From an uncultured virus (IMG/VR IMGVR_UViG_3300026549_000072) (Duplodnaviria; Heunggongvirae; Uroviricota; Caudoviricetes), in IMG/VR virus record IMGVR_UViG_3300026549_000072: a stretch of 64,000 nt of DNA; one strand, given 5' to 3'. Made by a program: the position numbers and the translations under genes. Shown here in pieces: positions 30,945 through 42,000 of this stretch. A model generated the notes under the pieces. That model was not told the DNA's origin. It saw nothing but the letters and a program-made list of their open reading frames with translations, and did no database searches. How positions within the stretch are numbered: the first letter of the stretch is position 1; each line of letters starts with the position of its first letter.

Positions 30945-31269
30945 ATATGGAGCTGAGTTCACCGCTATTCAGCTGAAGCAGGAAGCTGAGTTTCTTCATA
31001 AGGAAATTCATCGCTTATTGTATGGCAAAGAAAACGATGACCCAAAGCTCCAGATTTATTATGACAAGTTACAGCGAATGTTAGCTGGGATGAATGAGCT
31101 TCTATCTCAGCCGCCAGAGCTTGTTTCTTTGATGAGTGATTTAGAGGCGGCAAGAATTGAGGCAACAAGTACTGAATTCAACCATGATGCTTATCGGCGT
31201 TTAATACTTGATTCACATTCAATACTTGATAGATTGTTTGGGGGTGATGACGATGATCACGCTCTCTGA
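30931..31269 (+). CDS. Hypothetical protein
   Basis: Open frame overlapping its neighbours; start uncertain. Confidence 0.65.
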   Translation: MLKDKYGAEFTAIQLKQEAEFLHKEIHRLLYGKENDDPKLQIYYDKLQRMLAGMNELLSQPPELVSLMSDLEAARIEATSTEFNHDAYRRLILDSHSILDRLFGGDDDDHAL

Positions 31270-32398
31270 TAATAAGATATGGTTGATGAATGGTTTTCAA
31301 GGCAAAGCGCATGAAGCTCAATAGGATATGGTACTTGAAGCGACTTGGGGACGTAATGGTTCAGATAAAGTTGCTTACATCTATGATTACTTTCATGATG
31401 ACCAGCCTGAACTTGCAGTCGGTATGACATACTCGCAGTATACCACAAAAACTAAAATCGATATTCGATATAATATGACGGCTAACGCCTCATTAGCAAA
31501 AGACCAAAACGAATCTCATATAATGTTCCGACCGAGCGTTGAAAGAAAACTTTCCAATACTTGGCCACTCGACTACTATCCTACATCGTTCGGAAAGAAT
31601 GCTGAGTTTCCAATTGGTATTTATATTGACATACCAGATAATCGAAACGTATATCGCAAATGGTTAATTTGTGACAGAACATATTCTGAGTCTTATGTTT
31701 ATTATTTGATACTTCCGTGTAATTATCGTTACACATGGGTTAAAGATGATAAGCTGTATCAGATGTGGGGAGTTGCAAGGATACAGAACTCTTACAACTC
31801 TGGCAACTGGAGGGCAAACATAACCACCATCGTAGAGAACCAAGACCTTGGTTGGCTACCGAATAATAAGTATGTACAAACCATATTTTATGATACACGT
31901 TTTGCAATTTCAGATGATATGCCAGAACCGATAGTATGGAAGTGTTCAAAGGTTTCTACCGTGCATCCATTCGGATTGTATAAGCTGACATTCTATCAGG
32001 ATAGATTTAATGCCGATACCGATGAGCTTGTCGATGGCTTATGGTATTGTGATTACAATCGACAAAACATTACAAAAGAACCAAAGACTGAGGTTACTCG
32101 TATAGTTAGGATAACGCCGAGTTCAGGAAAATATGACATTCGTTCTGGGCCATATGATAAAGTCTTGACTGCTACCATTATTGAGGATGGTGTGGATCTT
32201 ACAGACAAAGCTCATACCTATGGATGGCAATGTTATATTGGTGATGAGAATATTACCGGCGAGCTAACTCCTTCTTACGATGATAATAAAGTCACTCTTC
32301 ATATGGAGAGCTATGATTACATTGGTGAGACGCTTCGTGTTGAAGTCCTTGTTGATGGAAAAGATAGCGCTTCAATTGAATTGGAGGTAATCGCTTGA
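31253..32398 (+). CDS. Head closure/connector-like protein with C-terminal Ig-like region; 1 in-frame TAG
   Basis: GGGGGTG RBS; TAG at 31322 (codon 24); ILPCNYRYTW motif. Confidence 0.65.
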
Positions 32399-32991
32399 CA
32401 CTTGCAGAACGCAAAATATTTTACAAAGACGAGATTGAACGCCTCCGACAGTTTACCCAAATTACACAGCATGAGGACATTAATTATAAGGAAAAGATTA
32501 AACATGTTCTTCTGAATAGCAAAGAGCTTCTTTATGCTTTGAACAATACAGAGCTTGAAGAAAAAAATGCTACCGCTGCTGATTACTTTGGCGTAAATAT
32601 CTTGCCGTACATTCTTGACCCGAATACGAGACATATTGACCATAGTACAATTATGTACGACACACTTCATTCAACATATGTCGCTTATAATCCTGATGCT
32701 ATCAAAATCCAGTATCTTCGTTTTTTAATTCTTGTTCCACCGGCTGAGGCTATTGATACTCTTACTGGCATACCGAGACATGATTTGATTGGTTCTATCA
32801 TTGCAGATATGTTTGCTGGTACTAACATCTTCGGATGTCAGTGCAGACAAATTGATGACAAAGGTGGTTCGACCGATTCAATGTTTGTTTCTCGTGATAT
32901 GTGGTTCGAGATTCATGCACCTAACAATCGGATTAGAGATGGGAAGTTTTACCAGAACATAGTCAGAACTGATTATCCTGGTAAGCCTTAA
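32395..32991 (+). CDS. Putative tail terminator/completion protein
   Basis: GGAGGT RBS with TTG start; position in the head-tail region. Confidence 0.6.
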   Translation: MTLAERKIFYKDEIERLRQFTQITQHEDINYKEKIKHVLLNSKELLYALNNTELEEKNATAADYFGVNILPYILDPNTRHIDHSTIMYDTLHSTYVAYNPDAIKIQYLRFLILVPPAEAIDTLTGIPRHDLIGSIIADMFAGTNIFGCQCRQIDDKGGSTDSMFVSRDMWFEIHAPNNRIRDGKFYQNIVRTDYPGKP

Positions 32992-32993
32992 GT

Positions 32994-33737
32994 ATGGCAG
33001 AGAAGTTAAAACTGGAAATTGATGAGCTGAAGCTTTATTTCGGCTATGACTACCCTATTGGGGGTATTACGATACATCAGCCCACAATGGGCGATATAAT
33101 CGAATACGGTGAGCGAGAATACTATTCAATGGTTCATTGCCTCACATCAATCCCGAGTGATGCTAAATAGCTGTTATGGGATAATGGGATTGATTACTGT
33201 AAGATTAGCGATTTTGAATACTTTATTCATATGACTAGAAATCTTACTCAAGAGCAAACACAAATTCTTCTTGGCGACATAGACCTGTCTAAGATGAATG
33301 TATATAAGAAGGATAATGAGTTGTTCTTAGTTGATGAAGAGCGTGGAATCATTATAGACAAAATGGTTCATCTTAGTATTTCTACATACCTTCGTATGTT
33401 ACACAATATTAAGAGTAAGCCTGAAAAGACTAAGAGTAAGATTGTGCGAGATATCCTTATAGAAGAGGATAGACGAAAGCGTGAATTGCATAAAGATGAC
33501 GAGTATAAATCTGCTCTTCTGCCTATGTTCTCAGTACTTGTGACTTCTGGTGTATATCATAAGTCTGAATTGAAACAGGTTGGGCTGTATGAATTCTTTG
33601 ATACAGTAAATCGTTTACCAATGCTAAAAACTGCTGCGGCTGTAATGAATGGATTATATTGTGGTTTTGCAGACTACAGTAAGAATCGTTCAATACTAGA
33701 CCAAGCTAACATATATAGGGAAATCCCTAAAACCTAA
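32994..33737 (+). CDS. Conserved hypothetical tail-region protein; 1 in-frame TAG
   Basis: HQPTMGDIIEYGE; TAG at 33168 (codon 59) in IPSDAK*LLWDNGID. Confidence 0.7.
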
Positions 33738-33754
33738 ATGGAGGAATAATACAA

Positions 33755-34588
33755 ATGATTCTGAAGAATCTAATGATCGACCGTGTTATCGACCTTACCG
33801 ACTATGACAGATAGACCGGCCTTCGTCGTTTTACACTGCCTGAAGTTCAGGACTTCTAGATCAATGTGACTACTCAGGAAGATGAGATTACCGATGCTAC
33901 CGGCTCTCCCATTGCTATTCTTGAGTCTGCTAAGTCTGCTGAGTTCTCTGGCAACTCTTCTTTCACCAACCTTGAGCTGCTTGCTTATCAGTCCGCAGCC
34001 GATGATAACATTCTTACCAAGAACATCGAAGATATGGAAATCATCGAAGTGCTGACCATTACCGATGGCAAGGTTACTCTTGCTCATACTCCTGTCGGTA
34101 CGACTGGTGAGGAAATCGAGTATGTCTACATTCGTAACTCCGATGGTACGAGTGGTGATTATATGGAACAGGGTACTGAGGCTGCTGCCGCTACCTCTTC
34201 TGCTAAGGCTAAGTTTGCTCTTGGAACTAACACTGAGAGCGGTAAGTCTGAACTGACATTTGACAGCTCTCTGAACGGCACTTCCATCTATGTTGACTAC
34301 AAGTTCAATGCCACCTCTGGTATGTACTTCGAGTCCCTGGATGATAAGTTCACCACTTCTTCCAAGATTGTTGTCCGTGTCCTGTGCAGAAACGTGTGTG
34401 ATGATAACCAGGTTACCGTGCTTGCTATCGTCTGCGAGAACGCTAAGCTGTCCTCTGCTTTCGATATCAGCTTTGCAAGATCTGAGACTCATCCGTTTAC
34501 CTATCGAGTCATGCCAGCTTACTGCGGCACCTCTGGTAAGTCCCTGTACAAGATTTACGTGCTTGATACCGACGACTACGCTGAGTAA
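33755..34588 (+). CDS. Major tail (tube) protein; 2 in-frame TAGs
   Basis: GGAGG RBS; TAGs at 33812 and 33857; beta-rich, strong codon bias, followed by a terminator. Confidence 0.75.
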
Positions 34589-34601
34589 TTTAAACTGCTA
34601 T

Positions 34602-34636
34602 GAGGGGTTGATTAAGTTCAGCCCCTCTTCTATTTT
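34602..34636 (+). terminator. Intrinsic terminator after the tail tube gene
   Basis: GAGGGGTTGA/TCAGCCCCTC stem followed by TTCTATTTT. Confidence 0.7.
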
Positions 34637-34650
34637 AAGGAGACAGACTA

Positions 34651-35028
34651 TTGGCTAAGTTTAAAATCTGTCCTGTTTGTGGTGGACAGTTTAAAACCTG
34701 CACAACTTGCGAGAGTTCATCTGCTCCATCATGGAAAAAGTATTGTGACTCTTTTGAGCACTATGATATTTATGCGACTGTAATTCTTTATACTCGTCAT
34801 GAGCTAAGTAAAGACGAGGCCGCTGAGCGTCTTGCTGGATATCCGAAGAAAGGATTTAATGTGCAAGTTCAGAAATATCTTGATGAAATTTTTGCGGGTG
34901 AAGCAGAAACCGTTTTGACCGATGAGGTCGCCATCTCAAATGAGGTGGACACAACTTCTGATGAGGAAGTTGTTGAGACGCCAAAGAAGCGTCGTCGTAA
35001 CAAAGGGATTGTGTTTGGTCAGGATTAA
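34651..35028 (+). CDS. Zn-binding hypothetical protein
   Basis: CPVCGGQFKTCTTC...WKKYCDS; AAGGAG RBS with TTG start. Confidence 0.7.
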   Translation: MAKFKICPVCGGQFKTCTTCESSSAPSWKKYCDSFEHYDIYATVILYTRHELSKDEAAERLAGYPKKGFNVQVQKYLDEIFAGEAETVLTDEVAISNEVDTTSDEEVVETPKKRRRNKGIVFGQD

Positions 35029-35069
35029 ACACAATTCTGGCCATATTTTTTTACGAAGGATAAAAAGGA

Positions 35070-35315
35070 ATGAATCCAAAACTGGTCTACTCTCGTATGT
35101 TTCATGCAACATATGATACGAGTAAGTGCGTCAGAGTTGTGAACCCATCACAGATGTAGTTCTATCTTGAGAATGACGCTATGCCAAAAGACATATATAT
35201 TACAAAGAATTTCAAGACCGATAGAGATATGGTTGTTATGGTCTTTGATAGAAATGAAACCGCTGAACTTTATAAGCAGTGGGAGTCAAACAGAAAAGAG
35301 GTTGTAACCGCTTGA
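35070..35315 (+). CDS. Small hypothetical protein; 1 in-frame TAG (absent from the ORF track)
   Basis: RBS; TAG at 35157 (codon 30); MVFDRNETAELYKQW; TGA stop overlapping the next start. Confidence 0.65.
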
Positions 35316-36499
35316 AATTTTATGACACCTGTGCGCTACTAAAGCTACAAGATAAAGTCTTTAGTGAGCCATTTGCCATTTCATCTGTAACTATTCACGA
35401 GCTTGACTATATAAAAGAAAATCGTGCTAAAGATCCAAGCGTTAAATATGCGGCAAGGAACGTTTCACGTTTACTCAAATCTCATATTGGAAAATTCAAA
35501 ACCGTTCGTTATAACAAGGCAATGATGCCACCAGAGCTTGACGATGAGCCTGACAATAGAATTATTGCTTGTGCCAACACAATTGATGGTGTGAAGTTTA
35601 TCACTGATGATACAAATTGCTTTCTTACTGCTGCCGAGGTATTTGGATTAGATGCAGAACTTGTTGAAGATGAGGATGATGATTATACAGGGTTCATCAA
35701 GTTAACATTTAATGATGATGAACTTGCCAACTTTTATTCTAATCCTCATGTTAATAAATGGGGCGTTTTGCAAAATGAATATGTTGTAATCAATAATGGT
35801 ATTGATGTAAGGAAGTGGAACGGCTTTGAGTTTGTGGCGTTGAAAGAAAAAATCCCGAAGACGCTACAGTTTGGCATAATTAAGTCTAAAGATGTATATC
35901 AACGAATGGCGATTGATAGTATGTATACGAATAGGCTTACTATGATAAAAGGTAGAGCTGGAACAGGTAAGACTCTTCTTGCACTTGCGACACTATGGGC
36001 TATGTTAGAAAAGCATGATATCGATAAGGTCATCGTGTTTTGTAATCCAGTAGCAACGGCTTATAGTGCTAAGTTAGGCTATTATCCCGGGGATCGTAAT
36101 TCCAAGCTTTTAGATAGCACAATAGGTAGTATTTTATCGTCTAAGCTTGGTGACCAGCAAGGCGTTATTCGTTATATAGAGGATGAGAAACTACAACTAC
36201 TTCCATTCTCTGATATGCGTGGCTTTGATACCAACGGAATGAAAGCTGGTGTTTTAATCGAGGAAGCTGAGAATCTTGATATTAGTCTTATGAAGCTTGC
36301 GCTACAAAGGCTTGGATCTGATTCCCGTTGTATCATCGATGGCGACTATGAGGCACAGGTTGACTTAGAACAATATGCTGGTGCAAATAATGGAATGCAC
36401 CGAGCTTCAAAAGTTTTCAGAGGCAAGCAATGCTATGGTGAGGTTGAACTTCAAAAGATTTATCGCTCTGACATAGCCGAGATTGCGGAAGAAATGTAA
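35312..36499 (+). CDS. phoH: PIN domain-PhoH family ATPase
   Basis: N-terminal FYDTC, DNRII and FITDD (PIN); GRAGTGKT, LGYYPGD, MRG, IEEAEN and GDYEAQVD (PhoH). Confidence 0.88.
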   Translation: MKFYDTCALLKLQDKVFSEPFAISSVTIHELDYIKENRAKDPSVKYAARNVSRLLKSHIGKFKTVRYNKAMMPPELDDEPDNRIIACANTIDGVKFITDDTNCFLTAAEVFGLDAELVEDEDDDYTGFIKLTFNDDELANFYSNPHVNKWGVLQNEYVVINNGIDVRKWNGFEFVALKEKIPKTLQFGIIKSKDVYQRMAIDSMYTNRLTMIKGRAGTGKTLLALATLWAMLEKHDIDKVIVFCNPVATAYSAKLGYYPGDRNSKLLDSTIGSILSSKLGDQQGVIRYIEDEKLQLLPFSDMRGFDTNGMKAGVLIEEAENLDISLMKLALQRLGSDSRCIIDGDYEAQVDLEQYAGANNGMHRASKVFRGKQCYGEVELQKIYRSDIAEIAEEM

Positions 36500-36518
36500 T
36501 ATAGGAGAAAAAGGAATA

Positions 36519-37181
36519 ATGCAATTCAAAGATGATATTAGTCTTGTACAGTTACCCGAAGTTGGCACTCTTCCTGCTGATGCAAACATGCAGGTTCCAG
36601 ACCCTGACCTTCTGAATTATTACAGACTTGCAAAAGATAGAATCTATTTTGTTGACTATGAGATTGATGCTTGCCTGATGTCTATTGTCAAGGAGATTAT
36701 TAGAATCAATATTGAGGATATGGGTAAACCTGTTGAGGAGCGTTTGCCGATTGTAATACCTATTCTATCTTATGGCGGAGACCTTGATGTAACATATTCA
36801 TTTATTGATACATGTGCAATGAGCAAGACACCGATTATCACAGTAAACATGGGTGTGGCTATGAGCGCTGGTGTGCTACTGCTTCTTGCCGGACATAAAC
36901 GTTATGCGCTAAAGCATTCTGATGCTATGATTCATTCTGGTTCTGGTGGAATGGAAGGAACTTTTGAGCAAATGGAAGCCAGCCAGAATTTCTATAAAAG
37001 CCAGATTGCAAAGATGCGTGAGTATATTCTTGATAGAACAAAGATTGATCCGAAGGTATTCAATCGTAAGAAGACTAAGGACTGGTATATAAGCGCTAAT
37101 GAACAGCTTGAGCTTGGTATTGTAGATTGTATCGTCGATGACTTAGATGAGGTGTTTGGGTGTGAAACTTCTAGCACTTGA
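36519..37181 (+). CDS. clpP: ClpP-like serine protease
   Basis: SYGGD, GVAMSAG (catalytic Ser), MIH and KDWYISANEQLELGIVD. Confidence 0.85.
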   Translation: MQFKDDISLVQLPEVGTLPADANMQVPDPDLLNYYRLAKDRIYFVDYEIDACLMSIVKEIIRINIEDMGKPVEERLPIVIPILSYGGDLDVTYSFIDTCAMSKTPIITVNMGVAMSAGVLLLLAGHKRYALKHSDAMIHSGSGGMEGTFEQMEASQNFYKSQIAKMREYILDRTKIDPKVFNRKKTKDWYISANEQLELGIVDCIVDDLDEVFGCETSST

Positions 37182-37614
37182 TTCGAGCACGAAACATACT
37201 GGGTTTGCTGTGTTTGAACGTGGTAAACTGATTAAGTAGGGTGTGTTTGACGAAACTGAGCACGACTCTGATAAACGTATACGCTCTATGATATCCAGAA
37301 TATATACTCTCATAAGAGTTGAGCAACCGAATATGATTGTGTTCGAGGATGTTCGGATTTTGAAGAATACACATGTGACAGTTATGCTTGCCGAAATTCT
37401 TGGGGCTGTTATTGGTAAGTGTGTTGATATTGGAATCCAGTATGAAAGCTTTGCTCCAGCCTCGTGGAGAAGCAAGCATGGTCTTCAGAAGACTGGCGCT
37501 AAACGTGAGGAGCTTAAGCAGATGTCTGTTGATAAGGTCAGAGAATTATATAATTCAGATGTGACTGATGATGAGGCTGATGCAATCCTTATTGGAGCCG
37601 CCTGGTATTTGTGA
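37162..37614 (+). CDS. RuvC-like Holliday junction resolvase; 1 in-frame TAG
   Basis: GTG start MKLLALDSSTKHTGFAVF (catalytic Asp) upstream of TAG 37237; VFED, PASWR and DDEADAILIG downstream. Confidence 0.82.
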
Positions 37615-37838
37615 TATTATAATAGGTAGAAAGAACGCTTTAAAAGCGAGTTTACCCCTTTGCTGATTGCTTGGGGGGCTATAAAGGTTTCGGCTATTGA
37701 ACCAGGTTAATCAGTGGTCAACTTATAAACGGTGGTGGTGTCAGTTGCCACATTTCTTAAAGTTATTATTTTTATTTGAATTATGACTAGGTCGCTCTTG
37801 GGTCAAACCGGGGCGGCTATTTATTTGGAGGAAAAGGA

Positions 37839-38366
37839 ATGAAATTAAATAGTTTTATTAAGAAGTATGATGCATTTGAGACTGATGAGGAAAGAGCTGA
37901 GTTTTTGAAGTCTCATATTAAACGGACATATGTGCCGTTCATGGAAAAGAATACAATGGCAGAACGAGCCGCAAAGGTTAGTTGTGTCTTCGATGATAAA
38001 TATGATAAACACTCTTCTATCTTTGATATGTTCCAGAAACTTGATATGTTTGAAGCGTATACAGATATTGAGTTTGATAGAGTAAAAGATGGCGAGGTGT
38101 TTACTGATAAAGTGTATGATGCGCTTCAGATGAGAGAAATCTTTGATAAGCTTGAAATCTCAGAAAAAGAACGAGATGAGTTTGACATGATTTATTATCA
38201 GGCACTTATGGATCTGGGGGCTAAGTATACATCTCAGTATGCAATGAATGAAAAGATTGCAGAACGTTTTCAGAATATATTTAATACAATTAATGATAGC
38301 ATTGACAATATAATGAATGACGAGCGAGTAAATTCTATTATTGATGCTGTTGCTAATCATAACTAA
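37839..38366 (+). CDS. Putative tail assembly chaperone
   Basis: 175-aa acidic ORF upstream of the tape measure gene; assigned by position only. Confidence 0.5.
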   Translation: MKLNSFIKKYDAFETDEERAEFLKSHIKRTYVPFMEKNTMAERAAKVSCVFDDKYDKHSSIFDMFQKLDMFEAYTDIEFDRVKDGEVFTDKVYDALQMREIFDKLEISEKERDEFDMIYYQALMDLGAKYTSQYAMNEKIAERFQNIFNTINDSIDNIMNDERVNSIIDAVANHN

Positions 38367-38421
38367 TAGATGTTGTATAATACTTTGTACAACAAATTTT
38401 GATTAATGTGAGATAAATTAT

Positions 38422-38997
38422 ATGGAATTTGAACTAGATGTTTCGAAATTGATTGGCAATCATACTGAAAAACAAAATGAGATTGTTAGACAAATTACAG
38501 TTTACGCATCGCATAAAGCATACAAAGATGCAATGGAAGAAGTTGAGAAACTTTATCATGATATAATTACATTATATTATAAGTATAGAACAATGCGTTA
38601 TATTAGACATGGTGAATCAAAGAGCGGAACAATGAAAGGTTCAAATCTATACAATTCATTTCATTGTGACACACGTTACAATCGAGATGGTAGTCAAGAC
38701 TCTGTATTACAAATAAATGGCTCTGAAATGGATGATTATACCAATATAAAAGGTGATGAGACTATAGATGCAGATTTTGTTCTTGACAGAATTCTTGAAG
38801 GAACACGCCCAATGCCGCCATGGATACGCCCTGATATGGAATTTAGAGTAAGTATTTCTAATCAAAAGCTTGGAAATTTTGAAGGCACAATTGATGAAAT
38901 TTTTTCAAATCAGATTAATCGAGCCTTTAACGCATATAAACAACAACTTTATGATAAATATTGTGTAGAACTTGCACAAGAATATCTGTTTAAATAA
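38422..38997 (+). CDS. Hypothetical protein
   Basis: 191-aa ORF, TAA stop. Confidence 0.7.
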   Translation: MEFELDVSKLIGNHTEKQNEIVRQITVYASHKAYKDAMEEVEKLYHDIITLYYKYRTMRYIRHGESKSGTMKGSNLYNSFHCDTRYNRDGSQDSVLQINGSEMDDYTNIKGDETIDADFVLDRILEGTRPMPPWIRPDMEFRVSISNQKLGNFEGTIDEIFSNQINRAFNAYKQQLYDKYCVELAQEYLFK

Positions 38998-39007
38998 GGG
39001 ATAAAAA

Positions 39008-42000
39008 ATGGCAAAAGAGTATTCAATTCATGGAGAAGCCCCAGATAATTAGGCGCTTTATAAACTAATAGAAGCTAATGCAAATAAGGTTGCATCAGAC
39101 GCTGCAAAATAGATGGATGGTAAACAAATTAAATTTCATCTTGTTATGAATCCGTCTATTGATTTTGATAAGCGAGCACTTCAGAATGAAGTTGAAGAAT
39201 ACTTTGACAATCTTAGTGATGTCATAAAGCAGACAGAAGAAGATTTTTATAATAGCAGAGGTGCATATGATTTCGCTAATTTGGAAGGTGCAAAAAAAGC
39301 TCGCAAGCATTAGCGACTTGATATCCAACGGCACATTGATGAAGAGATGGGGCAGATACGTGAAGGTTATTCAAAGTATCTAGACAAGATATCAGAACTT
39401 GAGCCATCTTCTTCATCAGAAGAATATAATTATATTAATTCAATCAAGGTTGCTTTGGCATCAAGGATTAGTGCTATAGAAGGGCTTGTTAATGATTTTT
39501 CTGAAGAATATATAGATATTATTGACAGAATATCTGATGTAATTAATTACAAAAAATTAAAAGGTAGCCCAATAGTAGATACTAGTGCAGATCAACTTTA
39601 TTCAGCCAATTTTACAGACTTAGTACGTACTTATAGATATGCGGAAGGAGCATATGAAGATTTAAGAGAAGCTGAGGCTCGTGCCGCAGAAGAAGCCAGA
39701 CTGCGAGCTGAGATACAAGAGATTGAAGCAAAAAAAGCGGAGGCGGATGCAAAGGCAAGGCAAGATGCTATTAAAGCTGAAACTGCGGCGTTGAAAGAGC
39801 AGGAAAATGCGATTGAGAATGTTTGCAAGGCGCAGCAAAAAAACAAATCAATAAAAACGACTGTAAAAGGTTGGTATGACGAAGATATAAGTCAACGCGC
39901 AAAAGATCGTATTGGTTTCATCGTTAATAGTTCAGGTAGAGATTCTGTTAATCAGGAATATGCATATAATCAACTTAGGAATCTTGAAGATGAAATACGC
40001 AAGTAGAATAAAACATTTAATACTGAATCAGAGTTAAAAGATTTCTATTTGCTTGTCCGAGAATATCAAGAAGCAACTGCGCTATTACGTAGTGTTGGTA
40101 AAAAGTTCACAGAAGATTTAAATATTAAAGCTACGCAAAAAGATATTCGCGATGCGCTTTCTAGCATACGTAAAAAGTAGTCAACATTGGTTCAACCAAC
40201 TGCCGATGTGTCGGCTGAGCAAAAAAATGCAGAAGCACAAGCTCAATCTGAAATTGTCAAAAAGTCGCAAGAACAATTACAGGTGTAGAGGGAGGTTGCT
40301 GAGTCAGCGTTTGCAGAAGCAAGATCAAGACTTGAAGCTAAAGAGGCGTTAGCGGCCGAAGCTGATATATTCTCCAAAAATACAGTATCAAAAAGTGCGA
40401 AAGAAAGTGCTGATGTATTTTTAACTTAGATGCATGAAGTATCTGATACTGTTAAAAAAAAAGAGGAAGAAGTAAAAGTTGAGGCTGAACTTGTTGATAA
40501 AACAAGAGAACAGGTAGATGCGCAAAAGAAAGCTGCGGATGAGACTGCGAGGATTGCAGAGTCTCAAAAGCGTGTGCTTGATTTAGAAAAGAAGATATCC
40601 GAACAACATACCGCTGCTGGGCAACCAATACCAGTTAACAATATTACTGGAGCTGGCATAGATGGTGGCGATAGTATTCCTAAAGAAATAGAAGATTTAT
40701 TAGGGCGATTTGGTAATGCCACAAAAAACTTATGGCGGTACTATAGCGGTAGCCAGGATGTTACGACCGGCAATTTTAACCTTAAACAATTAAAGTCATA
40801 TATTCGTAATAATCGTAAGATTAATGAGTTTTTAAACGAGGTTGATTATGCTGATTTTGACGATGAAGATGATGATTAGGAAATCGGAGAACTCTTAAGA
40901 AAATTCCCAGAATATCGGGAAAAGGTACGAGAAGCGTATGACAATCTAATAAAAGCTAAAGAAGATTGTGCAAAAGATATGCAAATCATCGTCAACCAAG
41001 GTAAAGCTGTTGGTGATATTGCAGGAATACTTAGCGATAATAGTGTTGATATGGTAGCTCGTCTCGATATTATGGCTAACAATGCATTTAAGAATCCTGG
41101 TGCATACCACGCAAAGTACTCATAGGCCGATAATGATAAACGTGTTGCAGAATCGATGCGTTATCTTTCTCGTAACGCAGAGCGCCATTACACGAACAAT
41201 GCATTTAAGAAAGAAGGGTTGTTGTAGCAAGATGCTTCTTCTTCTTTGTCTATTGCGAATGATGAGTGGGGACAACATTTTGCAATTGTTCATTCATATT
41301 TTGCGAATGTAGAAAATGTCTCCGATGATATGCGTAAAGAGCTTAAACGAGTTCAAGAAAGAATAGTTAAAGCTAGAGATGAGATTGCCCCGACAAAAGT
41401 TGCATCAAAGAAACAGGGAGTCATTAATGAGCAAGAAGAAGACGCTCTAAATACTATATCATGGCTTAGCAAAAATGCTGAGAAATATCTTGTTAATACT
41501 CAACTCAGTGCTAATAAATTACTTAAGGAAAAACCAGAAGAGGCGCTTATTGGTTTAGAGTCACAGTTTACGAAGTATGTAAATAGGTTATTTAAGTATT
41601 TTAATACTACAGAGTCCGTATCGGCAGAAGTTGCAAAAGCTTATAAAGAATTAATTGCCGATTTTGACAGGATTGAATCAGAAGTAGCACCTGATAGAGT
41701 TAAACTTGCAAGAGAGTCACGAAGCAAATCAGATTCGTTAAGTGGCAAATCTGAAAAAGATAAAGCTGTCCGTGCGTATGAGTATTTCAATAATGATAAG
41801 AACGAGTATAAATATCAAAGGCTAAAAACCTTTAATAATGCTGGACTTCTTTCTAATAGCGAAAAAGCAGAACTCAATTCAATAGAACGTCGCAGGAAAA
41901 CTGAAGAAGAACTTATCAAAGCTTATGATTCACAGAATGTACTCCTCGCAGATCAATATAAGCTGAAGAAAGAAATAGAGGAAAGTGCAAAACAACTCGC

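Noticed and set aside
33770..34492. 240-aa antisense ORF over the tail tube gene
   Set aside because: Same antisense shadow effect as for the capsid gene.
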